Below are positions 18,358-29,182 of a DNA stretch of 64,000 nt, piece by piece (position 1 is the first letter of the stretch; the number at the start of each line of letters is the position of its first letter). This DNA comes from a bacterium (GTDB lineage: Bacteria; Muiribacteriota; UBA6191): the NCBI GenBank assembly GCA_036339875.1, contig JAYZAC010000095.1, positions 10,046 to 74,045 on the forward strand. The letters run 5' to 3'. A program made the position numbers and the translations under genes. A model generated the notes under the pieces. That model had not been told where the DNA came from. It was given only the letters and a program-made list of their open reading frames with translations, and did no database searches.

Positions 18358-18834
18358 TTATAAAAAGTCTCTAAAATCTAGAGTCCAATGATAGCGATCT
18401 TCGCCAGGTCCGTAAGCATTCTCAATAAATCTTTGCTGAATCAACCTAGCTTCTGTTGAGTAAATTCTTTTTGCAAATTCGTTAGAATCCTCTAAGGTAA
18501 GCTGTAGAAGATCAATTTTCATATTTATCAAATATTGCCTAACCTTTACAAAGAATGAACGTCCAAGACCAACACCCCTCTTGTGATGATTAACAACGAA
18601 ACTATGCAAATACGCGATCTTTGGATCATTCCATTGTTTCCATAAAATAGCATGTGCAAATATCATATCTTGATTTATCGCTGCTAGGATGAGTTGCTGT
18701 TCTGCCATAGGTTTTAGAGTCCAATAGTCTTCTCCACCCTCTGCAAAAGCGATTTTTTCTGATTCCTGAATTTGTTCCAAGAAATTACAATCGCTAGCTC
18801 TAATAGCTATCAAATCGAAATCAAAGTCCTGCAT
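18358..18834 (-). CDS. GNAT family N-acetyltransferase
   Basis: HKRGVGLGRSFF matches the acetyl-CoA binding motif (R/Q-x-x-G-x-G/A). Size of 158 aa fits. Confidence 0.55.
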   Translation of the reverse strand: MQDFDFDLIAIRASDCNFLEQIQESEKIAFAEGGEDYWTLKPMAEQQLILAAINQDMIFAHAILWKQWNDPKIAYLHSFVVNHHKRGVGLGRSFFVKVRQYLINMKIDLLQLTLEDSNEFAKRIYSTEARLIQQRFIENAYGPGEDRYHWTLDFRDFL

Positions 18835-19966
18835 TATCCATCAAATTAAGATAATTTTGATATGAGGTACAAACTGAATCAGAAAATCGCTTTCTGAAGC
18901 AATTGTTATCAAAAGTTAATGCATGACTACGTAATGTGGATCTATCAAATGCCATATCTTGACACTTTTTTATGGCGGCTTTCATAGATTCCACAGTTTG
19001 CTCATAGAAATATATACCCGTTTTTTTATCTATTACGGTTTCCAAAGCCCCACCACGTGCATATGCAATTACTGGTGTTCCACATGCTTGAGCTTCCAGT
19101 GGTGTGATACCAAAATCTTCTTCACCAGGAAACAAAAACCCGGTAGCTTTCTGATAAAGTTCTACGGCTTCTTCATGTCCCACTCTACCTAGGAACTCTA
19201 CATTACCTGAACCAGCCAGTTCTCGCAGATTAGATTCTTCAGGACCTACTCCTGCTAACTTTAAGGGAACACCTAGTTCTACACATGCCTTAACTGCTAA
19301 ATCGACTCGTTTGTAAGGAACAAGCGCAGCTAAAATAAAAAAATATCCCTCACGCTGATCACCAATTGTAAACCTATCAGTATCCACAGGAGGATAGATC
19401 ACCTCAGAATCTCGATCGTAGATTTTCTTAATTCTACGAGCGACGTTTCTTGCATTACAAGTGTAATGATCAACACGATTAACAGCTGCGATATCCCAAA
19501 TTCTTAGATAGTGCATAAATATGGGCCAAACCAAATCGATCAACCAACGCGGTTTTAAGCTAGCTTGATAAACTTTACTAAAATCCCATGCATAGCGAAC
19601 TGGTGTATGCAAATAACTAAAGTGAAATGTATGCGAACGAGTAATTGCTCCCCGAGCCACACAATGAGAAGTACTGATGACCAGATCGTACTCACTTAAA
19701 TCAAAAGACTCAATTGCCATCGGAAACAACGGCAGAAAAAGCTGATGCTTAGTTTTTGCAAGAGGAAGTTTATTTAGAAACGAGGGAAAGATATTACAAG
19801 AACGAATAGTATCAGACAATCTGTCTTCAATTGAAACTAAGGTATACAAGTCTCGAGGTCCCAATACTTGTATCATTTGTTCCAGAACATTCTCTCCTCC
19901 ACGCATGCCAGTAAGCCAATCGTGTACAAAAGCAATTTTAAGCTGTTTTAATTCTTCTAGCTTCAA
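18821..19966 (-). CDS. glycosyltransferase family 4 (GT-B, retaining)
   Basis: C-terminal EDFGITPLEAQACGTPVIA (E-x7-E motif) and GSGNVEFLG. About 380 aa, typical for GT4. Confidence 0.75.
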   Translation of the reverse strand: MKLEELKQLKIAFVHDWLTGMRGGENVLEQMIQVLGPRDLYTLVSIEDRLSDTIRSCNIFPSFLNKLPLAKTKHQLFLPLFPMAIESFDLSEYDLVISTSHCVARGAITRSHTFHFSYLHTPVRYAWDFSKVYQASLKPRWLIDLVWPIFMHYLRIWDIAAVNRVDHYTCNARNVARRIKKIYDRDSEVIYPPVDTDRFTIGDQREGYFFILAALVPYKRVDLAVKACVELGVPLKLAGVGPEESNLRELAGSGNVEFLGRVGHEEAVELYQKATGFLFPGEEDFGITPLEAQACGTPVIAYARGGALETVIDKKTGIYFYEQTVESMKAAIKKCQDMAFDRSTLRSHALTFDNNCFRKRFSDSVCTSYQNYLNLMDNAGL

Positions 19967-20430
19967 TGCATCTCCCTTTTTGCCAGAAATTTCCTCAGCC
20001 CTTTAAACAACTCATTAGCTCTTTGTTTCACTTGATCTTGGTCGAGCTCAAAATCCTTGAATCGGCTAAAATGTAACCATGGCGACATCTTAAAGTCTGG
20101 ATCATCCGAATATCTCGGAAAAATATGCCAATGAATATGCGGAACTGCATTACCTAAACAAGAATAATTTATCTTTTTACAACCTGTCCACTCCTCTAGA
20201 AAAGAACCCATTGTAAATACTTCTTCCATAAGGTTGTTGCGTAATTCAGCCGGTAAATGATGCACTTCTCGAACACAACTTTTCGCAAGAACCATACAAT
20301 AATATTTATAGAATTGGTGTTCTCCTAATACGACAAGACTATTTTCAAATTCAAAAACACTTGCACTGTTAGACCCACTGTAATGATTTTCGAGTTTTTG
20401 ACAGATGACACAATTCATAGCATTAAACAT
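19963..20430 (-). CDS. HIT (histidine triad) family hydrolase
   Basis: C-terminal [10 protein letters not shown] histidine triad motif. N-terminal CVICQK. Confidence 0.65.
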   Translation of the reverse strand: MFNAMNCVICQKLENHYSGSNSASVFEFENSLVVLGEHQFYKYYCMVLAKSCVREVHHLPAELRNNLMEEVFTMGSFLEEWTGCKKINYSCLGNAVPHIHWHIFPRYSDDPDFKMSPWLHFSRFKDFELDQDQVKQRANELFKGLRKFLAKREMH

Positions 20431-21520
20431 TAAATCGGAAATGAACTACATCTCCATCCTTAAGAACATACTCTTTTCCCTCTACGCGCAATAAACCCTT
20501 TTCTTTAGCTAATTGCTCGCTCCCACAATCTACATAATCTGAATAGGCAATAACCTCTGCTTTAATAAATCCTTTTTCAAAATCTGTATGAATCACTCCA
20601 GCAGCCTGCGGTGCCTTTGCACCCTTGGGAATAGTCCAAGCTCGAACTTCCTTCTCTCCAGCAGTAAAGTATGTCTGAAGACCTAGTAAATCGTAACCGG
20701 TACGAATTAGAGTATTCAATCCAGATTCTTCAAGTCCAACGCTTTCCAGAAACTCAGCCCTTTCCTCTTGGGTCTCAAGTTCAGCAATTTCAGCTTCAAT
20801 TTTTGAACAAATTTTCACTAGCAAGCTACCGTCTTGTTTTGCCTTAGCCCGTAATGCCACCACATGGGCTCCATCCTCACCCGATAAGTCATCTTCTGAA
20901 ACATTGGCCACATACAGTACTTTTTTAGCACTAATTAGAAAAAGAGGTTTCATCCACTCATACTCTTCTTCACTGAAATCTTGATGAGCTAACCACTTAC
21001 CATCCTCCAGAAGGCTTTTTAGTCGAAACATAAATTCGTTTTCTTCTTTTTCCTTGCCCTTAGCCCCTCGATTATACTTTTTAGTCCTATTCTCAACGGT
21101 TTCGAGATCACGCATAATAAGTTCAGTCTCTATTACACTGACGTCTTCTAAAGGATCTACAAGCCCGTGTACATGAGTAATATCCTCATCTTCGAAACAT
21201 CTTACAACATGTACAATCGTATCAACTTCTTTGATATGACCTAAAAACTTATTTCCGAGTCCTTCTCCATCTGCAGCACCTTTAACAAGTCCTGCAATAT
21301 CTACAAATTCAACTACTGCGGGGATTGTTTTCTGCGGATTTACTAACGTCACCAGTTTATCAAGGCGCTGGTCAGGAACTTTGACGATTCCCTGATTTGG
21401 CTCAATAGTACAAAAGGGATAATTGGATGCCTCGGCCTTAGCAGCCGTTAATGCATTGAAAAGCGTAGATTTGCCGACATTTGGAAGCCCTACTATGCCA
21501 CATTTTAAACCCATGGTCAC
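20423..21520 (-). CDS. ychF: ribosome-binding ATPase YchF
   Basis: [19 protein letters not shown]-loop. TGS-like C-terminus ([10 protein letters not shown]). 365 aa. Confidence 0.9.
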   Translation of the reverse strand: MTMGLKCGIVGLPNVGKSTLFNALTAAKAEASNYPFCTIEPNQGIVKVPDQRLDKLVTLVNPQKTIPAVVEFVDIAGLVKGAADGEGLGNKFLGHIKEVDTIVHVVRCFEDEDITHVHGLVDPLEDVSVIETELIMRDLETVENRTKKYNRGAKGKEKEENEFMFRLKSLLEDGKWLAHQDFSEEEYEWMKPLFLISAKKVLYVANVSEDDLSGEDGAHVVALRAKAKQDGSLLVKICSKIEAEIAELETQEERAEFLESVGLEESGLNTLIRTGYDLLGLQTYFTAGEKEVRAWTIPKGAKAPQAAGVIHTDFEKGFIKAEVIAYSDYVDCGSEQLAKEKGLLRVEGKEYVLKDGDVVHFRFNV

Positions 21521-21525
21521 CTCAC

Positions 21526-23145
21526 TTAACGAGTCAAAAGATTTACATTCAAGTATTTATTGGAGTTATACATTGGAAAGGGTCGAAAGTTCTGTAAAAC
21601 GGGGTAAGCTGCATAAACCTTTGTTTTGTACCAAAGAAGAACCCTGGATGCATCATTTCTGGCAAGTTGCGCTGCTTGTCGTAATAGCTCGTCTCGTTCA
21701 AAATTATCAGTTTGACGACGAGATCTTTCAACTAGGCTATCAAAATTTTTATTTTCATAACCTGGATAGTTACCTTTCAAACCAGTCGATGAAGAATGAA
21801 AAAGTGGAAAAAGAAAGTTGTCGCCATCTGGAAAATCTGCAATCCAATTACGATAGAATAAATCATAGTCCATCTTTACCAATGCGCTACTAAAACTATT
21901 CCAATCTCTCGGAACCAGTTTTACTTCGATACCTAAATTTTTTAAGTTTTGCTGAATCACCTGACATACAGCCATACTTCGAGCTTCATTTCGCAATAAC
22001 AACCTTAAAGGCTTGCCATCATATTTACTTTTAGAAAAAAGCTCTTTGGCCTTAGTCAGATCATAGCTAAAATAGTCTCGATCTAAATAACCCTTCAAAC
22101 CTTTTGGAACTGGTCCCGTTGCTATATCTGCTAATCCATGCTGTAGGTTCTTTATGATATCCTCTCTATTTACAGCAAAAGCTATTGCTTGTCTCAATTT
22201 GCGGTCAGTAAATCGACCAGATTTCATGTTCATTCCAACAAAATAAAGGTTAAATTGGTTAACTGGAAATAATCTGGCTCGAGTTGACTTCAGGGACTTC
22301 ACTTCCGTAGGTGGAACTTCAATCATGTGCAAACCCTGAGCCTTAAATTCAGAAACAAGGCTTAAAGGATCCTTGATAATTTTGTAATACACCGCATTCA
22401 AATTTCCAGACTTACGATAATGAGGGTTACTCAAAAGCAAAATATCCTGCTCACGTCTCCAAGTTTTCAGGTAATAAGGACCTGCTCCCATGGTAGATTC
22501 ACCTAAATCTGCTCCCGATTCAATATAAGATTTGGAGACAATTGACATTTGAGGCATAGCAAATAAAGAAAGAAAAGGTGCATAAGCCCTTTTAAGCGTG
22601 ATTCTAATCCGACTCTTATCAAGAACTTGTATTCCCTCAAGCTGCTTTGTCTTACCAGATTGAAAATCTTCAAATCCGGATACTTGATTTAATAACCAAG
22701 CTCTTGGAGACTTTGAATGAGGTGAAGCTAAGCGATTCAAACTGAAAGCTACGTCTTCAGCCTCCATAACAACACCATTAACAAAGCGTTGGTTATCCTT
22801 CAATAAAAAATCATAACGTCTTCCATTTTCTGAAATTCGATAATGTTTAGCTGCGTCCAAAACTAGTTCACCACTTTCATCGAATCTCAACAAATTAGAA
22901 TACGTTAAACCGAGAATAACTCCTGAGTAGGTATCTGTAGAATATATTGGATCAAGAGTTTTCGGAGAAGCTTCCAAACTCAATCGAAGAGTTTTATCCG
23001 GTAAAATTAATCCAGAGGTACACGAATCACCAAACAAGCCAACCATAAGTAGAAGAGCTATAATTACTGAAATATAGAACGAAATCTTGCCTTGTCTGGC
23101 AAAAAATAACGACACTTGATTTGTTTCTGACATTTTAGAACCCAA
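21526..23145 (-). CDS. ABC transporter substrate-binding protein, family 5 (peptide/nickel type)
   Basis: Signal/anchor followed by [87 protein letters not shown], the typical SBP_bac_5 N-terminal lobe. About 540 aa. Confidence 0.65.
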   Translation of the reverse strand: MGSKMSETNQVSLFFARQGKISFYISVIIALLLMVGLFGDSCTSGLILPDKTLRLSLEASPKTLDPIYSTDTYSGVILGLTYSNLLRFDESGELVLDAAKHYRISENGRRYDFLLKDNQRFVNGVVMEAEDVAFSLNRLASPHSKSPRAWLLNQVSGFEDFQSGKTKQLEGIQVLDKSRIRITLKRAYAPFLSLFAMPQMSIVSKSYIESGADLGESTMGAGPYYLKTWRREQDILLLSNPHYRKSGNLNAVYYKIIKDPLSLVSEFKAQGLHMIEVPPTEVKSLKSTRARLFPVNQFNLYFVGMNMKSGRFTDRKLRQAIAFAVNREDIIKNLQHGLADIATGPVPKGLKGYLDRDYFSYDLTKAKELFSKSKYDGKPLRLLLRNEARSMAVCQVIQQNLKNLGIEVKLVPRDWNSFSSALVKMDYDLFYRNWIADFPDGDNFLFPLFHSSSTGLKGNYPGYENKNFDSLVERSRRQTDNFERDELLRQAAQLARNDASRVLLWYKTKVYAAYPVLQNFRPFPMYNSNKYLNVNLLTR

Positions 23146-23217
23146 GGTAAATGAAATAAGCCGGCTATTTTATGCAGATCCCTAATCTTGGGCAAGGACT
23201 AAATGAAAATTAAAAAT

Positions 23218-24501
23218 TTAGTCTTCAAGCTCAAGTTTTTCATACAAGGCATCAGCTTTTTCTACCCAAAACTCATCCTCAACATTTTGAACTATTTGAT
23301 TTAAAATCTGACCCGCCAAATGTTCTTCCCCTAGACGCCAATGACATTCTGCTTTGTAAAGCAATGCGTGACCATCATTTGTCACAAGATCCAATGACTT
23401 TTGGTAGCTCATTATTGCCTCGCGAAATCTACCTTGGTATCTACAAACATCTCCAATACCATTTAAGGCATACAAGTCTTCTGGGTCTAACTGAATCGCT
23501 GTATCAAAATGCATTAACGCTTTCTTAAAGAGTTCTTGTTCCAGGTAAAGTTTGCCTATAGTGTAATGGGCAAATGCATAGGATGGGTCTAATTCAATAG
23601 CTTTCTTTAGGTTACCCCATGCTTTCAGTATTAAATTTTTACGCTTCTGACAAGCTGCTAAATCTGTTAGTAGTCCGCAATCTTTATCTTCCAAACTGAT
23701 TGCTTTTTCATAATTTAATATAGCCTCATCAACATCACCTAATTCTTGCTGAACCGACGCTAGAGCAGCTTTGATTTTCCATGAATTTTTATCCAATGAC
23801 TCAGCTTTCTTAAAATATAGAAGCGCATTACTAAGGTTACCTTCCTCAACTTCTAGATTACCAAGACTATAATGTCCTATAGACTTATCGGGATATGTTT
23901 GAGCAATCTTCTTAAAGGTGCGCCTAGCACCGCGAAAGTCCTCTTCCCTCATCTGAATCTCGCCTAAATTTCCGAGCAATAAATGATTCTCAGGCGTCGA
24001 CTGAAGGGCCTGTTCAATGACAAATTTAGCGTCTTCCAACTGTCCTCTCTGAAAAAGAATAATCGCCTTCGAGTTATAGTTATAAATGTCTTTGGAATCA
24101 ATAAAGATAGCTTTATCTAAACATTCCAAAGCCATATCAAACTCACCAGACAATTTATAAGCTAAAGCAAGAGAATTCCAGGAGTAAACGTCTTTGGAAT
24201 CTATCTCTACAGCCTTATTAAATTCCTTAATCGCATTACTGTAATCTCCTTTATCAAGATAGGTATTACCTAAAAGATAATGCGAAAATAAATCTCCACC
24301 TTTAACTTTTATGGCCTTTTTAAGAACCTGAACAGCTTTTTCAAATTTATTACGTTCGTTGTACACAAAGGCTAACTTATTGTACGAATATACATCGTCA
24401 GGAAACGCTTCAATGGACTTTATAAACCATTTTTCTGCCGATTCAAGATCACCCTTTTGTAAACTCTCTAAACCTTCGTCATAAAATTGATTTGCAGACA
24501 T
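23218..24501 (-). CDS. TPR repeat protein
   Basis: About ten tandem 34-residue W/LG/Y/A/F/A/P-type repeats (AxxxYxxAIxxDP pattern) throughout. Confidence 0.7.
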   Translation of the reverse strand: MSANQFYDEGLESLQKGDLESAEKWFIKSIEAFPDDVYSYNKLAFVYNERNKFEKAVQVLKKAIKVKGGDLFSHYLLGNTYLDKGDYSNAIKEFNKAVEIDSKDVYSWNSLALAYKLSGEFDMALECLDKAIFIDSKDIYNYNSKAIILFQRGQLEDAKFVIEQALQSTPENHLLLGNLGEIQMREEDFRGARRTFKKIAQTYPDKSIGHYSLGNLEVEEGNLSNALLYFKKAESLDKNSWKIKAALASVQQELGDVDEAILNYEKAISLEDKDCGLLTDLAACQKRKNLILKAWGNLKKAIELDPSYAFAHYTIGKLYLEQELFKKALMHFDTAIQLDPEDLYALNGIGDVCRYQGRFREAIMSYQKSLDLVTNDGHALLYKAECHWRLGEEHLAGQILNQIVQNVEDEFWVEKADALYEKLELED

Positions 24502-24602
24502 AGCTCCCCTTCATCAAAATGACCGCTAAATCTTGCGACTTACCATTATAAACACTAAAGCTGGTTTGTGCATGGCGGCATTGAAGCGTTTAACTAACAA
24601 CA

Positions 24603-25970
24603 TTAAGATGTAAATAATCCTCTGGTACTTCCAATTGCATCGACAAAACGAAGTGACTCTGAATACGATTCCTTCTGAAATAATGTTCTTGCTCTTGATG
24701 GAAGCATAATATCAGTAAAGCCTTGCTTAATTGCCTCTCTTACTCTGTAATCTGCCCGAGGCACTAATCGCACCTCTCCACCGAGACCAACTTCGCCAAA
24801 AACTAACATACCCTTCGATAAAGCTTGATTTTTCAGTGAGGATAAAATTGCTGTCACGACAGCCAAATCAAGACCTGGGTCTGAGGTTTTAATACCTCCC
24901 GCAATATTAACGTAAACATCGTACTGCCCTAGGTTGAGACCCATTCGTTTTTCCATTACTGCAAGTAACAACTGAACTCTATTCAAATCATAACCCATGA
25001 CCGTTCTCTTGGGATGAGTATAATGATTATCACTCAGCAGAGCCTGTACTTCTACAAGAAAAGCCTGACTTCCCTCTAAAATAACACTCAAGCAGGAACC
25101 CGATTCTAAGCGTTCATCTTCAAGAAAAAATTTTGAGGGGTTAGAAACAGATTTCAAGCCCTGATTACTCATTTCAAATATTCCAACCTCATCAGTCGCG
25201 CCGTATCGATTTTTGTGACCTCGCAAAAGTCGGAATACATGGTTACGATCACCCTCAAAATGTAAGACTACGTCGACCATATGCTCCAGCATTCTTGGAC
25301 CTGCCAAGTCTCCACCCTTTGTCACATGTCCTACCAAAAGGCAAGTAAGACCACGAGGTTTACAAAAATCAAGAAGCTTCATTGTACACTCTCGCACCTG
25401 TGATACCGTACCTGGTGTGGAATCTAGGTCACGAGTACGAATTGTTTGTATCGAGTCTAGAATCAAAATATCAGGTTTTACATCTAAAACTTGTTTTTGA
25501 ATAGATTCTAATAAAGTTTCCGAAACAAGATACATTTCACCATTTTCAAAACCTAAACGCTTTGCTCTTAATTTAACCTGTGATTCAGACTCCTCTCCGG
25601 AAGCGTAAAGTACTCTTGACTTAGACTGTGCTAAGCTCTTACACAATTGAAGTAGCAAAGTTGATTTTCCAATGCCAGGCTCACCGCCTATAAGAACCAT
25701 CGCACCAGGTACTAATCCTCCTCCTAAAACTTGATCAAGCTCACTAATACCTGTATTGATACGATCTTGATTTTCAAAATTAATATCTTCTAGTTTTACA
25801 GCACTACCACCACGAGCAAGAGATTCGACTTTTTTCTGCTCACCCTTCTTAAATATTTCGGTGACCTCTTCCTGTAAGGTATTCCATTGACCACATGCCG
25901 AACAACTTCCTTGCCATCTTGCATGCTGATGTCCGCACGCAGTACACACATAAAGAGTCTTCTTTTTCAA
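24603..25970 (-). CDS. radA: DNA repair protein RadA
   Basis: N-terminal C4 zinc finger CTACGHQHARWQGSCSACGQW, Walker A GGEPGIGKSTLLLQ, KNRYG motif, Lon-protease-like C-terminal domain. Confidence 0.9.
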   Translation of the reverse strand: MKKKTLYVCTACGHQHARWQGSCSACGQWNTLQEEVTEIFKKGEQKKVESLARGGSAVKLEDINFENQDRINTGISELDQVLGGGLVPGAMVLIGGEPGIGKSTLLLQLCKSLAQSKSRVLYASGEESESQVKLRAKRLGFENGEMYLVSETLLESIQKQVLDVKPDILILDSIQTIRTRDLDSTPGTVSQVRECTMKLLDFCKPRGLTCLLVGHVTKGGDLAGPRMLEHMVDVVLHFEGDRNHVFRLLRGHKNRYGATDEVGIFEMSNQGLKSVSNPSKFFLEDERLESGSCLSVILEGSQAFLVEVQALLSDNHYTHPKRTVMGYDLNRVQLLLAVMEKRMGLNLGQYDVYVNIAGGIKTSDPGLDLAVVTAILSSLKNQALSKGMLVFGEVGLGGEVRLVPRADYRVREAIKQGFTDIMLPSRARTLFQKESYSESLRFVDAIGSTRGLFTS

Positions 25971-26929
25971 AACTCCCCCTCATAGGCCTGAATAAAATCT
26001 CCATCTCTAAGCTGCGCACCTGCAAGAAACTGTTTCACCGGCATCCGTTTTTTCCCTTCTAATTGAATTTCAAGTAAACTAGCTTGTCCACCTTTTAATT
26101 CCATTATAAGCGACTTATTGGCATCAATTCGTATCCTACCAGGTTGCATATTCGAGTTATTCGGCCTCCACTTCATATCCCACACTATTAACTTTTTATT
26201 CTTCCAACTAAATACTAATCCGTAATGATCTCTTAAAGCCCTCCATTGGTTAAAAATTTGACTCCCACTATCTCCAAAATTAACATATGCATCTCTTCTT
26301 GTGATTTTTGCAGCATATGTAACACCGGAAGATACTTGTTTTACTCGGTTTGCATCGAAGTTAGAATTTTTGTGCAATACTTCCAATAATAATTTTGAAC
26401 AACTCTGTTGCATGTGCTCCGAAAGTTCTCGAATTGACCAGTCTGGGCTAATACTGAAATTCTCTTTCAGTAAGACATCCCCCTCATCTAATCCAGCAGT
26501 CATATCCATAATACACATAGCTGTTTGATGATCACCCTCGATCAAACAACGCTCCATGGGAGCGGCACCTCGCCAGCGCGGTAAAGCTGAAGCATGTCCA
26601 TTAAGAAAGGAAAATTTTGCGGTATCAAGAATTCTTTGGGGCAAAATCTGTCCATAAGCCACTACTACTCCAAAATCAGGATTTATTTCTCTTAGAAGAT
26701 ACAAAGGTGCAAGCTTCTTCATTGAAACTGGCTGATTGACCGATATTCCAAATTTTAACGCAGTTTCTTTAACCGGAGGTGCCTTCAAAATTCTCTTACG
26801 CCCGTAAGGCTTATCAGGCTGAGTAAAAACCGCCTCTATAGATAATTGTTCATCCAAGACTATATCCTCGAGCACTTTAGCTGAAAACTGTGAACTCCCA
26901 AAGTAGACAATTTTAGTCTTTTTACTCAT
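25967..26929 (-). CDS. fmt: methionyl-tRNA formyltransferase
   Basis: N-terminal formyl-transferase fold (KIVYFGSSQFS...), LNGHASALPRWRGAAP, C-terminal Fmt domain. AAGGA RBS 8 nt upstream. Confidence 0.85.
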   Translation of the reverse strand: MSKKTKIVYFGSSQFSAKVLEDIVLDEQLSIEAVFTQPDKPYGRKRILKAPPVKETALKFGISVNQPVSMKKLAPLYLLREINPDFGVVVAYGQILPQRILDTAKFSFLNGHASALPRWRGAAPMERCLIEGDHQTAMCIMDMTAGLDEGDVLLKENFSISPDWSIRELSEHMQQSCSKLLLEVLHKNSNFDANRVKQVSSGVTYAAKITRRDAYVNFGDSGSQIFNQWRALRDHYGLVFSWKNKKLIVWDMKWRPNNSNMQPGRIRIDANKSLIMELKGGQASLLEIQLEGKKRMPVKQFLAGAQLRDGDFIQAYEGEF

Positions 26930-29165
26930 GTTTTTGTCCTTTCATACGGAGCATAATGATACACTGAGGATGGTGAAGACATCTAAGAAAAACAACAAGG
27001 CCGATCTTTTGAGATCTCTAATTCTCGATTTATTAGCTCAAAACAACCCAAAGGGCCTTTCATTCAAAGGAATCTTACAGAACCTTCCTGCCCAATATTC
27101 ACACCGGTCTATTGTCAAATCAGAAATAAGTCAATTATTGAGCGAAAGACTGATCAATCGCAAAGGTAAAGGCTATCGAATCAATCTTAAACACAAAAAT
27201 TCTGAACAAAAAAATCATCGTGAAACTTATGAGGGCATTGTCCAAAAACAAAAGTCGGGAACTTTGCTCATCCCCCTTAATGACAAGTTAATTAAAGTTT
27301 ATCCAGAAAATACTAAAGGCGCATTAGCTGGTGATAAAGTTCGCTTACAAATTACACAACGTCGCAACAATGGAACATTAATTGGCCGTATCACAAAAAT
27401 ATTAGAGAGAGGAACCTCAAGAATTCTATTTAAGAAAAGTAGGGGTAGATTAATCCCACATACCCCACTTCCGCTTCCTATTATTTTAAGTCCAAAATAT
27501 AAAAGAAAGAAATTAGAAGAGAATTGTTGGTATCTCGCTGAACCAACAGACAGAATATCAACTGAATACATAGAAATTGATGTGCTAGAAAAGGCCTCCG
27601 ACCGTTATGATCTAGATGCACAAAGTCTTCTAGCTCAGTACGATATCCCAATAGAATTTACAACCAAAGTTATTGATTCAATCGATAACAATCCAGCTGA
27701 ATTATGCGAACGTGTAGATATTACGGATCAAGTTTGTTTTACAATTGATGGTGCCACTGCAAAAGATTTCGACGATGCCATTAGTATTCAGAGGCATGGT
27801 AATGACTTCAAATTAGGCGTACATATTGCAGATGTAAGCCATTTTGTGCGACCTGATAGTCTTCTTGATGAATGCGCCAGAAACAGAGGTACCTCTTTAT
27901 ACTTTCCCAGACTTGTGGTTCCAATGTTACCTGAGGAGCTTAGCAACAATTTATGTAGTCTAATACCTGATGAGGATAGACACGCTATGACTTGTGAAAT
28001 GCTATTCAGCGCCAAGGGGCATTTAAAAAAGGCTTGGTTTTTCCCATCTAAAATTCGATCAAGACAAAGATTCACTTATGAACAAGTTCAGTCAATCTAT
28101 GAAGGTGAAATCTCTCATCAATATGAATGCCAAATAAAAGATTGTTTTGAATTATACAAAGCTCTTTGGGACCAGCGACTTAAACGAGGCACTATTGATT
28201 TCGACCTACCAGAGCCCCAGATAATATTAGATGAAAATTACAATGTAGATAGTATCACACCGCTAGAAAGAGTCGACGCACATAAAATGATAGAAGAGTT
28301 CATGATCGCAGCAAATGTTTCTATAGCAAAATTTTGCGCTCAGCAGTGCATCGTCGCTCCGTTTCGACATCACGGAACACCACGCGCTGAAGGTGTAGAA
28401 GAATTGCGACTCACACTAAATTCGGTTGGGATTAATACTAAACAATTGGAACTCAATTCACCTAAAACATTTCAAAATATTCTTAATCAATGTAAGGAAG
28501 AGGTAAAACCTTTTATACAACCATTGATACTTAGATCGATGCAACAAGCTTTTTATTCCGTTGAGAAATCTGAACACTTTGGTTTAGCACTTGAATATTA
28601 CTGTCACTTCACTTCTCCCATTCGCCGCTATCCAGATTTGATTGTGCATCGTCAAATGCGTCAATTTGTTATCGAAAATGATCTTAAACTACCCTTTCCT
28701 ATTCATCCGTTTAAACTTGGTTACAGAAAAAAATTACAAAATCCAAAATTATCTGAGGCCTCTAAAATCGCTCAAAAAAGTTCTCAATTAGAAAGACGAG
28801 CTGTTGAATTAGAAAGAGAATACCAACAACGTAAAAAAGTTACGTTCATGCAACAGTTTATAAATCAGGAATTTACAGTTCGAGTTAGCGGGATTGTCAA
28901 ATCAGGCATATTCGCTTGTATACCCGAATATGGAGTAGAAGGATTTATTGCATTAACAGAATTACCAGGCTACTGGGAATTTAATGAACAAAAGTCTGAA
29001 TTTAGTCAAAATCCTAGAAGTAAAAATCGATTAAGACCAGGCGATACACTAGATATCTGCATTGCGAAAGCTGACAAAGATGAGTCCCGTATCGATTTTA
29101 GACTGAGCGATAATCAGTGGGCTATTTTCAATAATCTCCGAAGGACCCCCGGTAAAACCAGATGA
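26928..29165 (+). CDS. rnr: ribonuclease R (RNB family 3'-5' exoribonuclease)
   Basis: RNB catalytic region (CFTIDGATAKDFDDAISI...GVHIADVSHFV...LYFPRLVVPMLPE), C-terminal S1 domain. The exact start is ambiguous; the track ATG at 26928 overlaps the fmt start codon on the opposite strand, and MVKTSKK at 26970 is an alternative. Confidence 0.85.
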   Translation: MFLSFHTEHNDTLRMVKTSKKNNKADLLRSLILDLLAQNNPKGLSFKGILQNLPAQYSHRSIVKSEISQLLSERLINRKGKGYRINLKHKNSEQKNHRETYEGIVQKQKSGTLLIPLNDKLIKVYPENTKGALAGDKVRLQITQRRNNGTLIGRITKILERGTSRILFKKSRGRLIPHTPLPLPIILSPKYKRKKLEENCWYLAEPTDRISTEYIEIDVLEKASDRYDLDAQSLLAQYDIPIEFTTKVIDSIDNNPAELCERVDITDQVCFTIDGATAKDFDDAISIQRHGNDFKLGVHIADVSHFVRPDSLLDECARNRGTSLYFPRLVVPMLPEELSNNLCSLIPDEDRHAMTCEMLFSAKGHLKKAWFFPSKIRSRQRFTYEQVQSIYEGEISHQYECQIKDCFELYKALWDQRLKRGTIDFDLPEPQIILDENYNVDSITPLERVDAHKMIEEFMIAANVSIAKFCAQQCIVAPFRHHGTPRAEGVEELRLTLNSVGINTKQLELNSPKTFQNILNQCKEEVKPFIQPLILRSMQQAFYSVEKSEHFGLALEYYCHFTSPIRRYPDLIVHRQMRQFVIENDLKLPFPIHPFKLGYRKKLQNPKLSEASKIAQKSSQLERRAVELEREYQQRKKVTFMQQFINQEFTVRVSGIVKSGIFACIPEYGVEGFIALTELPGYWEFNEQKSEFSQNPRSKNRLRPGDTLDICIAKADKDESRIDFRLSDNQWAIFNNLRRTPGKTR

Positions 29166-29182
29166 AATCAACCTTTAGTAAA

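Noticed and set aside
21423-21893. 156-aa plus-strand ORF spanning the ychF / ABC-SBP junction
   Set aside because: It overlaps two confident minus-strand genes antisense and has no motif or RBS support. Likewise for the other short track ORFs embedded antisense in large genes (for example 1512..1724, 17560..17817, 33778..34002, 35904..36218, 43558..43917, 61197..61409).
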